A DNA stretch of 63,943 bases, the filler included, from Blastocystis sp. subtype 4 (Eukaryota), in assembly GCF_000743755.1 (NCBI RefSeq). It is 6 parts of 6 records of this genome, joined end to end, with 100 filler letters (N's around TTAATTAATTAA, not from the genome) between each part and the next. Parts side by side here need not be neighbours in the genome. Positions count along the whole stretch, not along the records: positions 34,107 to 45,276 come from NW_014569235.1; positions 45,377 to 56,499 come from NW_014569234.1; 4 more parts are not named here. One strand, written 5' to 3'. The first letter of the stretch is position 1. Every line of letters starts with the position of its first letter. A model generated the notes under the pieces. The model had not been told where the DNA came from. It saw only the letters and a list, made by a program, of their open reading frames with translations, and made no database searches. Both the position numbers and the translations under genes were made by a program. Shown here piece by piece: positions 38,779-52,568 of this stretch.

Positions 38779-40040
38779 ATGTTGACAAGAATTGTGAACC
38801 GTTATGCTCTTTCGAGTAAGATCCATGGGTTGGAGTTATGAATTAGGTGCAATTCGAGGTTTTTCCTCCATCCCCAAAACAATGCGATGTGTTGATATCA
38901 CCAAGTATGGAGGCCCTGAGGTAATTGAGAAATATTGGTATTAACGATAGGTGATGAAAGTTGTTACACGCGACGTACCAACCCCTAAGGAAGGTGAATT
39001 ATTGATCAAGGTATCAGCCTGTGCCATTAATCGTCCTGATGTGATCCAAGTTTGGGTTTCTGGAAGGTATGATGTATAGCGTCAAGGAATGTACCCTCCT
39101 CCAAAGGGAGCGAGCAATATTCCAGGTCTGGAGTGTTCTGGAACGGTTGTTGAGGTTGCTAATGGGGCATCAGGTTTCAAAGTGGGTGATAAAGTGTGTG
39201 GAATATTGACAGGTGGTGGCTATGCTGAATACACTACCATGAATGCCCTATGTGTACAGTTTCACAGAGATATTAAGAATAGGCTCTTCCAGTTCCAAAG
39301 AACACCGATATGATTTCAGCTGCTGCTATTTGTGAATCCTTCTTCACTGCCTACAGCAATGTCTTCATGCGTGGAGCTCTCAAGCCAGGTGAATCCTTCC
39401 TGGTGCATGGAGGTACGAGTGGTATTGGAACAAGTGCGATTCAGCTGGCGAAGGCCTTTGGAAATAAGGTGTACACAACGGCAGAAGGTCCAGAGAAAGT
39501 AGAAGCTTGCAAGAAGTTAGGAGCAGATGTAGTGATTGACTACACGAAAGAGGACTTCTTTGATGTAATCCGAACAGAAACGAATAAGAAGTAAGAGTGA
39601 TATGATGATGTCATGATCAGAGGAGTGGATGTGATTCTTGATTACATTGGTGGTGATTATGCTGAGAAGAATATTAAGCTTCTGGCTGAGGATGGTCGTA
39701 TGGTAATTATTGGTTTCTTGAAAGGACCTCGTGTAGGAGAGAGGAAGATGGTGGATTGTAGGTAAATATCTCATTGAATCCTATTCTGTTGAAACGACTT
39801 ACAGTAACTGGATCAACACTACGTTCACGTCCGAATAGTTTTAAACATGAAGTAGCAATGGAGATGTACAACAAGGTATGGCCTTTGATTGAATCTGGAA
39901 AACTCCGTCCAATTATTCATGCTCATGTTCTAATAAAGAGATTGAATGAAGTCTAGATGCCTATGGATGATGTTGTTCGTGCTCATACAATGATGGAGAA
40001 GAATGAACAAATCGGAAAGATTGTACTAACAATGGAATAA
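38779..40040 (+). CDS. NAD(P)H quinone oxidoreductase, PIG3 family
   Basis: [41 protein letters not shown]. Confidence 0.9.
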
Positions 40041-40070
40041 TCTGTTTGTTGAACAAACATAGGAAGACAT

Positions 40071-41628
40071 TCACATTTCTATTATGACGCCCTTCTTAAT
40101 TACTTGACGAATTGGTTCATCTCCAATACGATAGAATAAGTGCTCCCATTGAGGAGCATCCAAAATCAACATGTCACCATACTTACCAACCTCCAATGAA
40201 CCATACATATCACTGTGACCAATCGAAGCAGCTGCATTCAGAGTGCCTGCAACCAGTGCTTCATTCATTGTCATACCCATAAGAATACAGGACAACTACC
40301 ATGATCATTCTATTCCACACAGTTACATTCATCACAAAAGGCATTGACATACAGTAAGCATTTGGATTGTAATCTGAAGCCACTGCTACAGGTACATTCG
40401 CTTCGATCATCTTTCTAGCAGGAGGAGGTGTTAGATGCATGATCCACCTATTCTCAATCATTGCATCATATCCCCTACGCTGTTGTCGGGAGAAGAATTG
40501 CTACACTCTTGTGTTCAGCCATTAACTTCACTCCCTCTTCACTAATGCATTCTAAGTGACTATTTATCATTCGACTCTCTCTTATTCACCTCATTCCAAG
40601 AGCACCAAGCTTCGCACCCATTTCAGCACCTCCTAATGCAGTTAACTCATCTGCATGGAAGTTGATTCCCAGACCATGTTTCTTTCCTTCTTCCATAATA
40701 CGTTGTGTCTGCTCCACATTATAGATACCCTTCTCACAAAAGGCCTAATTCTTATGAAGAGCCACAGATGATACATCAATCAACTCAACATCTAATTCTC
40801 CCTTCTTCTTAAGATCAATCACCGTAGGAATCATTTCATTCACCACCATGTCTGTAGCTTCTTCGGAAGTGTATCCTTCAGGCACAGAATGAGCTGCCAA
40901 CAGATTTATCACAATATCCAAAGGAACCAGCTTCTTTGCACGTTGAATCACACGAAGCATTTTCACTTCATGTTCTGTTACAAGACCATATCCACTCTTA
41001 CAATCAGCAAGCGTTCAATCAAGGAACAAATCAATAATGGAAGTTTCTAGGATATGTTGTTCCGTGTCTCATCATGGTCTTCAGGCGAGGAAGAAGTAAT
41101 TCCAACAAGGCATCTTCGGAACTACTGATGATCGATTTCTCCTTTCTTTACGTTTCGTGGACATGACGCACAGTGAAACCAATACCGCCACCAATCTTGT
41201 GAATGTCCATGTAAGTTGCTCCTTCGAGCTTCATACGATACTCATTAACACGATCTCCAGCAAATACGGGCTATAAATCATTTCCAAACAAAATGATTAC
41301 ATGGGTATGAGCATCTACCAATCCAGGAACAACACAACAACCTATGTCTCAATGAGTTCGTCAAATCCTACCCGTAGCATCAATCTCCTTTTCGAAATGA
41401 CTGTCTTTGAACTGCTCTGAGATTTCTGCAGCAGGACCAACTGCGACAATGATGCCATTCTCATCCACTACAATAGATCTATCAATGGGTCAAGTACGTC
41501 AGAACATACCCGTTGTTTACAACTTCAATATTGTTCATGGCTTTTCCACAAAGCATCTTTTCGTGATTCTTTGTGATCATCACAAGCTGCTTGGCATTTC
41601 TGACAATCAATCTGTAGGACTTCTGCAT
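40071..41628 (-). CDS. AMDHD1: Imidazolonepropionase (contains an AT-AC intron)
   Basis: PGLVDAHTHP, GGGIGFTV, GTTLADCKSGYGL, HADEL, SDYNP, GSLEVGK. Confidence 0.93.
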
Positions 41629-41845
41629 AGAATAAGGTTTAATTAGGACGATTCTATAGAGTAGAAACAATGAACATATTCTAACCAATTTCTGGATTGT
41701 TGTCGGAAAGAACCTGGTTTTTTGATCTCAAAGGAACATATTTCCATACAGGCTCTTCTGTAGCAAATAGGTTAAAGAGATATGAACAAACAAAATCACA
41801 GTCAACTAAGAATAGGATACAGCAAAGAAAAAGAGAGCACACTCT

Positions 41846-44268
41846 TTAGTCAGATAAGTAAGCTCGAAGAATCTTCACAGCGAAACTACCAACGCGTAAA
41901 TTAGCACACCAAGACTCTCTAACCATGAATCTAGACTCCAATCCCTACTCAGCAAATGACTCACAAACATGAACCTCAATTGGATCCTCAAAGGACTCAA
42001 ACTCATGATAAATGGTACTAGAATCAGAGTTGAAGACATATTTCCATTTTGTGTTCATACCCCACAGCATTGGAAGATGAATTGAGATTCTACATCTTAA
42101 TACATCAGAATCACCTACGGGATATCACTGATCACTTTAGCTTGGGTATGCAAAAGGATAAGCAGAGATGGATCACTATCCAAAACCAGACAAAGAATCC
42201 CTCTGTGTTTGTTTTCATAAAATACGGAGAAATTGTGTTCCTGCGATAATTTCCATTGTTTTCGAATCATTAATAGAGTTTGGAGAGCCTGATACTGACC
42301 GAAATTGGGTCCTTTGGTGATCCATATACCATCACGTAGGGTACCAACAGAGGCCTGAAGTGTGATAGGAGGCGGGATTACAGACATAGGCATCTGTTCC
42401 ATGTACTCATCACCCTGAAGGATAGAAAGGATACCAGGAGTGAGTGCAAGCAGAGTCTCCATTTGAATGAACCGATGCATGGCATCTATGAGAGAACCTT
42501 TCGTGTAATGAAGGAGACGCATGAGGAGACGCTGTTGAACAGCACGTTGTGGAGTTTCCAACATGATTATATTGTGGGTATCATGATGAGTTTGAAGGAA
42601 TTCCAGTATCTTCTCATTTGATACATCATGTGTGAGATAGAGAGATTCCAATGCATTCATTCTATCCTTCACTTCCCATAATAACTTCCTACACTGTTAC
42701 ATCTCGTTTTGCATCAAAATCAGCTCCTCGTTTATTAGCAGACAACACAATATTTTGAATTGAAACAGTGTTCTGATGCACATGATTAACGTTATCATCA
42801 TCTTCACCTATCTAGAGATCACTCTTCATTCTATCACTCACCCAGAGACCCACAGTATCCATACGACTCACCACTTCTTTGAGAAACAGTGCATTGTTCA
42901 GATTCTCAACACCAGCACCTTCTGTACAATGTGTACTGTTGAGTCGTAGACAAAGAAGACCACGCCAATAAATCCCATCAAATCCGAATTTCCAAGAATA
43001 CCGATAAATAATGTCATTCAAGAGTGTTGCACCTGGTCGATCTGTTCCCAAATCAATACTCTGTGAGAGATGACCCTCATACATGAATGGACTAATGCTC
43101 TCTTGAAACAAAGGTCCAAATTCTGAAGGCGAGAATGATCCATCATAATTGTAAAAATCAGAATCCTTACTAAACCCTGTCCAATCCATATCCAGAACCA
43201 CTTGAAGTCCTCGCTCATGAATTGCAGCAATGAATTGTGAGAGTTCCTTTTGTGAACCATATGCTGGATGAGGTACACCAGGATACACGACTTTCGCATG
43301 ATCTACATGAGAGATGAGATAAACCCTTACACCAACAGGTTGCTCGGATCTCTGTTTCACCTTCACAGAGAGAAGGTTCAAGTGACATGAGACGAATGAT
43401 GGTCACACCCACTAGTTTGAGGTGATCTAACAGTTCCATCGCTGTAGCGTAGGTACCATGATCTATGTCTTACCCAACTCATGATATTCCAACCGTTCCC
43501 ATTACTCGAAAAGGATGGTAAATGCATTGTATACATCACATGTTCTTCTACTGAACTGGGAGTATCTTTAGACAGAGTATCCACTAATTGAGCATCATCA
43601 GGTTCACGATTGCGCCAACCATAGGATGTTAAGATTCTAGAATTTAATTCTCACTCTTTCATATACACTTCCTTCCCTCCTTGAATCAAATGGTCCGTGA
43701 ACTCTCCCGTTTCTGATTCAATCTGATAGTAGTACTCTGCATGGATACCCACACTTCCAGCATTATAAAACCAATACCCATTTGTTTGTTTCCTAGAGAT
43801 CACACAGATACTCAATCATCACATCATTGAATAAGAATGCTCAAGGCCAACATCTGGTTTAACTTTCAGAGAAACAGCGTGTGCTTTAGGAGCATACACC
43901 CGAAAAGCAATTCCTTTACGATGTTGGAGTCCATCTGACAAGACATAAAAGTTATCCGTAGACCAGACATGAGTTCCCAAGAAGTTACTCTTTTCACAAT
44001 GAGGTCCAACAAATCCAGGGACACACAACACGGTATCCTCTGTCCGATCCCTCATTAAGTAGATAATGAGTACCAAAAGGATAAAGGCCACAAAGATCAT
44101 TAAAGACACTCCCCAAATAGCCCGTTTCTTAGCTCGACTTCGATTTGCTTTCTCCTCAGTCACTTTCCGGTGGCGTTGAAGAGATCCTTTTCGTCTCCAA
44201 TCTCGGTTGTCGCCTGTACGATGGCGACTGAGATAGTACATATCACGAAAGTGCCGACTCTCATCCAT
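41846..44268 (-). CDS. Membrane-anchored GH13 (alpha-amylase/branching enzyme family) protein with EGF-like and CBM48-like domains
   Basis: TM helix, CVPGFVGPHC, FRVYAPKA, YTMHLPSF, AIHERGLQVVLD, FGFDG, ILQGDE. Confidence 0.75.
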
Positions 44269-44867
44269 CGAAAGACGATGCTATAAAAGAGGCAAAATGC
44301 AAAGACACCTTATTACAGTGATGGCAATTGAAACAATTCCGCGGTTTTTAACGATTTTGTGAGGACTTGTCTTTTACTCTATACGCATTCGATCCGTATC
44401 AGATCGAAGTGGAATCCATGCTTTGTAGCAATTTGGAACGGACGAAGGTCCATCTCAGTTAATATAGGGATAATCCAAAAATGAAGATAGAAGTTATCTA
44501 TAGATTGTGCTGAATCCAAATCTTCAATTTGAAAGTGACAAGTGGAATGACTGTCTGAATGATTTATACCAGTGAAACTTCTTGTACCATCTTTCATAAT
44601 GATGTTACAGTCATGAAACACACATTTCCTGGCTCGATAGCAGATTTCCATTTTCAAAGAGCTACACTTAGCGTACTTCGCGGACAGGATGTGAACGAAT
44701 TGTCGATACTACGGATAGAATAATCGAAATGCGGTAGAGAATGTTGTATCGATTATGTTCTGGAAAATGATTGGAGAATAATTCGTTTTCTACTAAGAAT
44801 GCAATTAAACCCCGATCGCGATGTGCGTCATCATGGGATACAAAACCGATCACATTTTCTTTAGTAA

Positions 44868-45276
<409 letters not shown>

Positions 45277-45376
45277 NNNNNNNNNNNNNNNNNNNNNNNN
45301 NNNNNNNNNNNNNNNNNNNNTTAATTAATTAANNNNNNNNNNNNNNNNNNNNNNNNNNNNNNNNNNNNNNNNNNNN
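45277..45376. other. Artificial contig linker
   Basis: N44-TTAATTAATTAA-N44. Confidence 0.97.
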
Positions 45377-46869
45377 GAAACTGAACAATCACACTGATTC
45401 CACAAAGCTTCAAATGCCTTTCTTTGTGTCTTTCTGTCATCATAGAGACAATAAAACGAATCAAATCCACCTGCTCCAGCTACAATACAACCCACAACTC
45501 CTTCCAGATCATTCGTTGCTTTCATCACCTTATACAAAGCATCAGGTACAATTTGAGAACCAGAACACTCGCTTATTGTATGCATAATCTCCAACTTCAG
45601 ATTCTTCAACTCATTCACTCGTCCTTCACATAAGGCTCGAACAAGAGACTCGTTGTTCTCTGAATACTCTTCCCATAATCCTTTCGATTCTTCTTTCTCT
45701 CTCCAATTCTTCATCTGCCGAACAAGAACAGGTGTACGTGATGACCCTTGTCCTCCACAACTCAGAGCAATTGCTATATGAGGAGGAAGAGAGAATGGAG
45801 AGTGAATACAAAACGTATCTGTCTTCTCAAAGCAACAACTACCAAATACTGCTGTGATCACATCAAATCCAGACCCAATTCGACCTTGAGCTGTGTTATG
45901 AGCATCACAAGCAACTCGGGCTATCAACTCTCGTTCTTCATCAAGTAATGAACGAATCAAACACATCTTCATATCCAACTTACCTCCTTCCATCAATAAT
46001 GAACATACCACAGATACAACTGTTGTGGCAGATGAACCAAAACCCAGCTTGTGAGTCTGACTATTATTCTCATCCTCCTACATACTCTAGAATCCTTCTG
46101 ATAGAAGAAACTACCATCACTTGTTATCCTCATTTTGATGTGTTTGTGCATCAAATGCTCTACCGAACTCAAGACATCCACTGACTTGGATATGGAATGA
46201 AGAAGGAATAGATTCTCTTCACTCTCTCTATTCATCATACCCATGAACCAAAACTACTTTACCACCTCAAGTCTTTTCCTTTCATTAATTCTGTATTCCC
46301 AATGACCTTTCATCTCTGGACTATCAATAGTGATCAGAGCAACATTCTCTGTAACAGATTTGACACTGACAAACGAATGACAATGAGCAGATAATCCAAG
46401 ACTTAATCCATGATTTCCCTTATCCAAAATCAAGTATCCTCCCGTTAATAAACACTTTCCAGGAGAATAGAGATGATACTGATGAAGCACATTCCCTTTC
46501 GATCGAAATAAGGATATGAGATATTCATCCAATTTCCATATATCTGGTACTATGGTTGAAGAGTGAAGGTCAGACCAACCATCTATTGATCCTCTAGTTT
46601 CTATTATAGGATCAATTAAGTCCAGCAGTTTCAAGGAAGAACTGTGAACAATCTCATCCACTTCTTCATCAGTAAAGAGAATACTATATTAGATATAAGA
46701 ATTGAACACCAAACTCGGACTTATTCATCATTAGATCCATTGTCAGAGAATCTGGAAGGGCATTGTCTAGTTTCACACAATTTCATTCAGTTCTACTTTC
46801 AAATACATAGTATGCACGATACAACTTGTATCGAATACAATCTCGATTGGATTCCTGTTGATTTGCCAT
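45377..46869 (-). CDS. ERG8: ERG8-type phosphomevalonate kinase with N-terminal extension (3'-truncated)
   Basis: SPGKCLLTGGYLIL, KAGFGSSA, AQGRIGSGFDV, AGAGGFD. Confidence 0.88.
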
Positions 46870-47065
46870 TCGAACTCTTCTCTTTCTTAATTCCTTTCAG
46901 TGGTATTAATCCAACTTTCCTGTTATCAAAATCAAAGAGAAGGAGAACAGAATGGATAAAGACTGAGCAACTCACCAAAACAGAATCAATTTCCTTTCAA
47001 AATACCAACAATAATGTTGGAGAATCATTTCATACTCAAACTATTCTTTCATTCCTTGTTTCCTC

Positions 47066-47757
47066 ATGTTTGCTGTCTCCAAATTGGCATCATCAACAAT
47101 CCGAATGAGTGGCTATACTCTTCGTGGTCTTGCTACTCGTGCTGAAAACCCCTTGGTGTTCATGGACTTTGCTGCTGGTGGAAAGGATGTTGGAAGAATT
47201 GTATTTGAGGTAGGAGATGGAATCAATGAATTCTTTCTAGCTTCGTGCTGATGTTGTTCCCAAGACAGCTGAAAACTTCCGTTGTCTTTGTACTGGAGAG
47301 AAGGGTGTTGGTAAATCTGGAAAGAAACTCCATTATAAAGGTTGCACTCTTCATCGTATTATTCCTGAATTCATGTGTCAGGTGAAGGATGAATGATACA
47401 TTTATTCTGTAGGGAGGTGATTTCACCATGGGAAATGGTATGGGAGGTGAATCGATCTATGGTGAGCGTTTTGCTGATGAGAACTTCACTCTGAAGCATG
47501 ATGGTCCTGGACTCCTTTCAATGGCAAACTGTGGTCCCAACACCAACGGTTCACAGTTCTTTATCACAACTGTGCCTTGTCCTTGGTTGAATGGTCATCA
47601 TGTGGTATTCGGTGAGGTGAAGAAGGGAATGAATGTACTGAAGACACTTGAGAGTTTGGGTTCTGAAAGTGGAGCTCCTCTGTAAGTTCTGAGTAGGAAA
47701 GTGATATTTAGAAAGACTGTATCAATCACAGACTGCGGTGAGTTGAAACAAGAATGA
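47066..47757 (+). CDS. Mitochondrial-targeted cyclophilin (PPIase)
   Basis: Presequence; [39 protein letters not shown]. Confidence 0.93.
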
Positions 47758-47977
47758 GATTGCTTTGTTTGTTGAGTGGAACCTCTAACAATCCAACTGT
47801 TTTATCACTTCCAATCTACTACTTTCAATCCCCTAACTGATTGAATCATTATTCAGTTATGAATTGTGTTTCATCTGTATGAATCGAATGTTCGTTATTC
47901 ATCTCTCTATTCCCGCGGTTCCTTTACACAATCCATTTCTTATATTATTCTTGAGTACAGACGTTATACAAAGAGTG

Positions 47978-49203
47978 ATGTATTATATTGATACTGGACA
48001 TACTGATATGCGCCAATTGGCTTTTGATATCGTGAAAGGTCTTGATCGTCCTGGTTGGAAAGACGTTTCTTCAGTTGATGAAATTGAAATTAGTCGTGCA
48101 AGCGGTAAGATTCGATAGTTATCCATTAGATCGTAGGAGCTATGACAAACATCATCTACAAGGTGACTGTTAAGGGAAAGGAATGTCAACCCTTGCTTCT
48201 GAGAGCATATGGAAATTGTAAGGATTTTAATTGATGTTCATGTTGAAGGTACTGACACTTTCTTGGATCGTGAGACAGAAGTTCGTAATTTCAAGATATT
48301 GAGTGATAACTCCTTTGGAATTGAACTTCTGAAAACATTCCCAGGTGGAAGACTTGAATTGTGGCGTGATGGTTATGATGTTTGAGATAGATTTGGTGTT
48401 GATATCTAGCCCATTACAGCTCCTCAAATGCGTACGAAATGGATGTATCAGAAGGTAGCTCGTAAGATGGCTGAGATGCACAGTATTTCTGTATATGAAG
48501 AAGAATGAAATAACAATTAGTTGGGATCAAGTGACAAACGTACATTCTTTGATCACTTCTATGTTTGGGTCAACAGTATCTTGAAGTCACGTACTTGTTA
48601 ATGTGGAATATGACTGTAGCTATGAATGATACGATGAAGACAGTTCGTGTGGATCTGTTGAAAGCAGAAGTGGATGATTTGGTGTCTCGTATTCTAGTTG
48701 ATGATTTTGATGTTGTTTTTGGTCATCATGACTTGCAACATGGAAACATCTTAATGAATAAGGATGGAGAGATCATTTTCGTTGATTTTGAGTAGAGTTT
48801 GATGAATGAGTTGATAGATAGGTATTCAGGGGCTATGTCGATTGGTGCTGATATTGCAAATCATTTCTGTGAATGGATGACTGATTACAATCTTCCTGAC
48901 TCTCATATTCTCCTTCGCTGTTTCTTCCCAACTGTAGAACAGCAACGTGACTTTATTCACACGTATCTTGAAGCTCGCTATAAGCGTGAACCTACAGAAG
49001 AAGAAGTAGAGAAATTGCGCGCCTTGGTTCAGAAGCATGAGATGTTATCTCACATGCATTGGTTCTTATGGGGATTATTACAGTATCAACTGAGTGATAT
49101 TGATTGGGATTATTGGGGTTATGCGAATAACCGTTGGAAGTACTACAAGGAGATGAAGAAACTGATCTTCAATGCTGATGTTTTGCCTCTCATGCCTGAA
49201 TAG
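47978..49203 (+). CDS. Choline/ethanolamine kinase
   Basis: GAMTN, VFGHHDLQHGNIL, VDFEYS, DIANHFCEW, HWFLWG. Confidence 0.92.
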
Positions 49204-49279
49204 TCAAATCTAGATGTTCTTTGCATTTGTTCGGTTCTGTTCTTTGTTCTCAAACATCTGTAGGATACAAACGATGCAA

Positions 49280-49546
49280 TTAATCCACTTTCGCTCTCTT
49301 CACCTTGGGAAGTTTCCGAACTGCTGATTCCTTCTTTCCTTCTTCCTCCTACACTTCAAATCAGTTCACAAAACTCACCTTCCGTTGTTGTTCCAATAAC
49401 CGATTTGCTTCACGACAATTCACATACATTATGATACTGATAACGAAGAAGAAGACAGGAAGAAAGTACTTTGGATTCAAAGCACACCAGAAAATCACTC
49501 TTTGGACGATATTGTATTTCTCCCACTCAATATCCGTGTTATTCAT
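49280..49546 (-). CDS. Small single-pass membrane protein with basic tail
   Basis: MNNTDIEWEKY...FLPVFFFVISII, one intron, ...KRAKVD*. Confidence 0.55.
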
Positions 49547-49660
49547 GTTCCAGACAGAAAAATGAGTAAGAAAAACGACTTCATATCCAATTGGGCTATT
49601 CGGATCCCCAAATGAGGTACCCAATTGTCGCAACTCCAGTATCATCCAAAGAAAGACAAT

Positions 49661-52535
49661 ATGGATGCAATTATCCGTGAGATCAATCGATCCTATGTCT
49701 CAATTGAGAAAGGAGAAAAGGGTGGATTTGATGGTTACATATTTGCTGAAGATCATACTCACAGCGTATTGAATACTGTAACGAACAAAGAAGTGAATAC
49801 AGCATTGGAGCAAGCTGTTGATGTTATTTGATCTTTGTTATTTCATAGTATGAGTCATTCAAAGCAGGAATCAAGTGTTCTGAGTGTAAAGATGATATTT
49901 TCTCAATTCTTGAAGGATGTGATGTAGGATTGTTATAGTATCTTGAGTTTTAGTTGAGTGAGAATGAGTTGTATGTGAATGCAGGTTGTGTTGGTACTCT
50001 TGTGGATGCTATTCAACATGTAGCATCGAGTCCTGCTCCTCGCAAATTCATTTTGCAGTAGATTTGTTGAGTGTATTGAAGTAAAGATTTGGAGTGAAGG
50101 GCAATCAGCAGAAAGAGACATTGAAGGTGTGAATTATTTGCTTTGAATTCTTTGTAGTTGGCTGCAGATCGTCTGAAGTATCCCTGTCTCATTGTACATC
50201 GTGAAGACTTGATCACTCGTCAATCTGTTCAGATGGATCCTTTGATTGATAAGTAGAAAGAAAGTGAACCTCATACTCATGCAATCTTCTCCAAAGCTCG
50301 TTCTCTCCATGTATCCATGAAGAAGCCAGTGATTGTTTATGTGGAAACAGTTGATGGGTAAATGAAATGAAACTGAATGACAAATAGAGTGACAGGTTCT
50401 CATTCTCCAAGTCCTGCTGAGTTATTGAAACGTCGTATGGTGGAAAAGGCATTATGTTCGGAACTTCATTCCTTAGGAGATGAGTTTATATTAGTGATGA
50501 GCTCCGAATCACCATTCACTCTGAAGAATGAACTTCAAGAGTATCAAGGTGATCGTATCTTCTACAGTGTTCCTAGTAAGTATGTTTGGATAGCATGATG
50601 AGTAGCTGAAGCAGAACGTCGTAAGTATCTGGAGCATCTTGTCTCTGTCTATGATAACTCTCTCTCTTCGTATGCTCTTCAACACATTCTTGATCATTCT
50701 TCTGCCTTTTCATTAGAACAGATTCGGAATCTGTTTGATCATGCTTATCTGTGTATGTTGCTTTGTAAGGATCATTCAATTGATGTTTCTCAATTCGATG
50801 AAACTGCCATTTCCAAGACTATGTTGTATCAAACTGTTTCCAAGTTCATTTTGGATCGATCTAAAGGTGAAAAGTGATCCTGTTGTATTGATTTGATTGT
50901 AGACCTGTGGTTCCAAGTATTCCCGATGATGTGCTTCTGAATCTGTTGGAGAAGGAGAAGCCAGCATTTTCTGTAGTGGATGTGTCCCGTGTATTGGATT
51001 GGTGTCGTGCATTGAATCGTCCTTCTAGTGAATTGAAGTCACTGGAGGCGATGATCAAGCTTCTTCGAGAACGAGATGAAACACTGCGTCGTCAGGATCT
51101 TCAGAATAATGCTTCACATCTCCCTGTAGAGCGTCGTGCAGGTGAACCTTATGTGATGCCAGAGAGAACAACAGAATCATCAGAAGAAAGAGTAACAGAA
51201 AAGTCTTCATTCACTCCAAATGAGACAGCCACTTCAGAAAAGTCAGTATCAATGAAACCAACCGACTCTTCTCCAAGTTCATCTCATGCATTGAATTCTC
51301 CCAAATTCTGCAAGATGATGTCTTCAGAGTCTGTTGGTGAGAGTGCTGCTGAACGTTATCGTCGAGAAATGGCTGAACGTGATCGTGAAGATGCAGAACG
51401 AGTTCGTCTGCAACAGAAGAAGAATCTGGAGGAGAGAGAACGAATGCGTCAAGAAGAGGAGAAACGTCAGCGAGAAGATGAAGAACGTCGTCGTGCTGAA
51501 TTCGAGGCTCAGAAGCGAAAAGAAGAAGAGCGTCAGCGTCGAATTGAGGAGCGTTTAGCTGCTCAGGAGGCAGAAAGGAATCGAAAGATTGAAGAGCAGC
51601 GTTTGAAGAGTGAGGCAGCAGCACGCAAGCGGAAGGAAGAGATGGAACGTCGAGAGGAGGAACGTCGTCAAAAGGAACAGGAAGAGATGGAACGTCGAGA
51701 GGCAGAACGTCAGGCATTGGCAGAACGTCGTCGTCAACGTACTCAGGAAGAGATCCATAAGAAGGAACTGAAAGACCAGCGAGAGGCAGAAGAGCAGATG
51801 CGTCGTTATGAGGAGGAGCGACGTCGTGTGTATGAAATGTCGATGGGAGGTTCGGTATCGTATCAAGCAACCTCAGATCGTTTGGATAGAGAGAAATCTG
51901 CTGCTCAATTGGCTATGGAAGAAGAACAGCGGAAACGATCAGAAGCTGTGAAGAAGGCTCGAGAACAAGCAATGGAACGATTGAAGCAAGAGAAAGCTCA
52001 ACGTCAGATGGAGAAGGATGTGTATCAACGTTTAGCAGAACTACGTCAACCTGCTCCTACTGACTCGAAAGAGAAGGAAGAGCGAATTGAGAAGGCTCAA
52101 AAGAGAATAGCTGAAGCACGCAAGCAATTGAAGAATCTGATGATGTTAAAGGATGAAGTGAAGCATATTGTGGAGATGCGAAGAAAGTGTGAAGAGGAAG
52201 AGAGAAAGAGAAAGGAGGAAGAGGAGAGAAAGAAACGAGAAGAGGAAGAGAGGAAGAGAAAGGAGGAGGAAGAGAGAGAATTAGAACGAAAGAGAAAGGA
52301 AGAAGAAGAGAAACGTAAGAAGAAGGCTGCTGAAGAGGAAGCACGTCGAGCAGCAGCTGAATTGCGCAAACGAGAACTTGAGAAAGAGAAAGAAGCGATA
52401 CGGAAAGAGAAACAGAAGGCAGCAAAGGTAATGGAAGAACGATTATTACAAGATGAACTGAGATTGTTGGACTGTCGCGAGAAATGGTATGAAGTAATGA
52501 AACTACTGAAAGAAGTGAAAGCAGGAAAGAAGTGA
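49661..52535 (+). CDS. Hypothetical protein with long E/R/K coiled-coil C-terminus (multi-exon N-terminus)
   Basis: 542-aa terminal ORF of EEERKRK repeats; upstream short exons with GT-AG introns. Confidence 0.65.
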
Positions 52536-52568
52536 GAATTGGAATAGATTTGTTAGAAACAAAGAATA

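Noticed and set aside
51340..52440. Purine-rich repeats and long antisense ORFs
   Set aside because: Low-complexity E/K/R coiled-coil coding; antisense ORFs are shadows. The same applies to the SDA1 acidic tract at 4900-5120.
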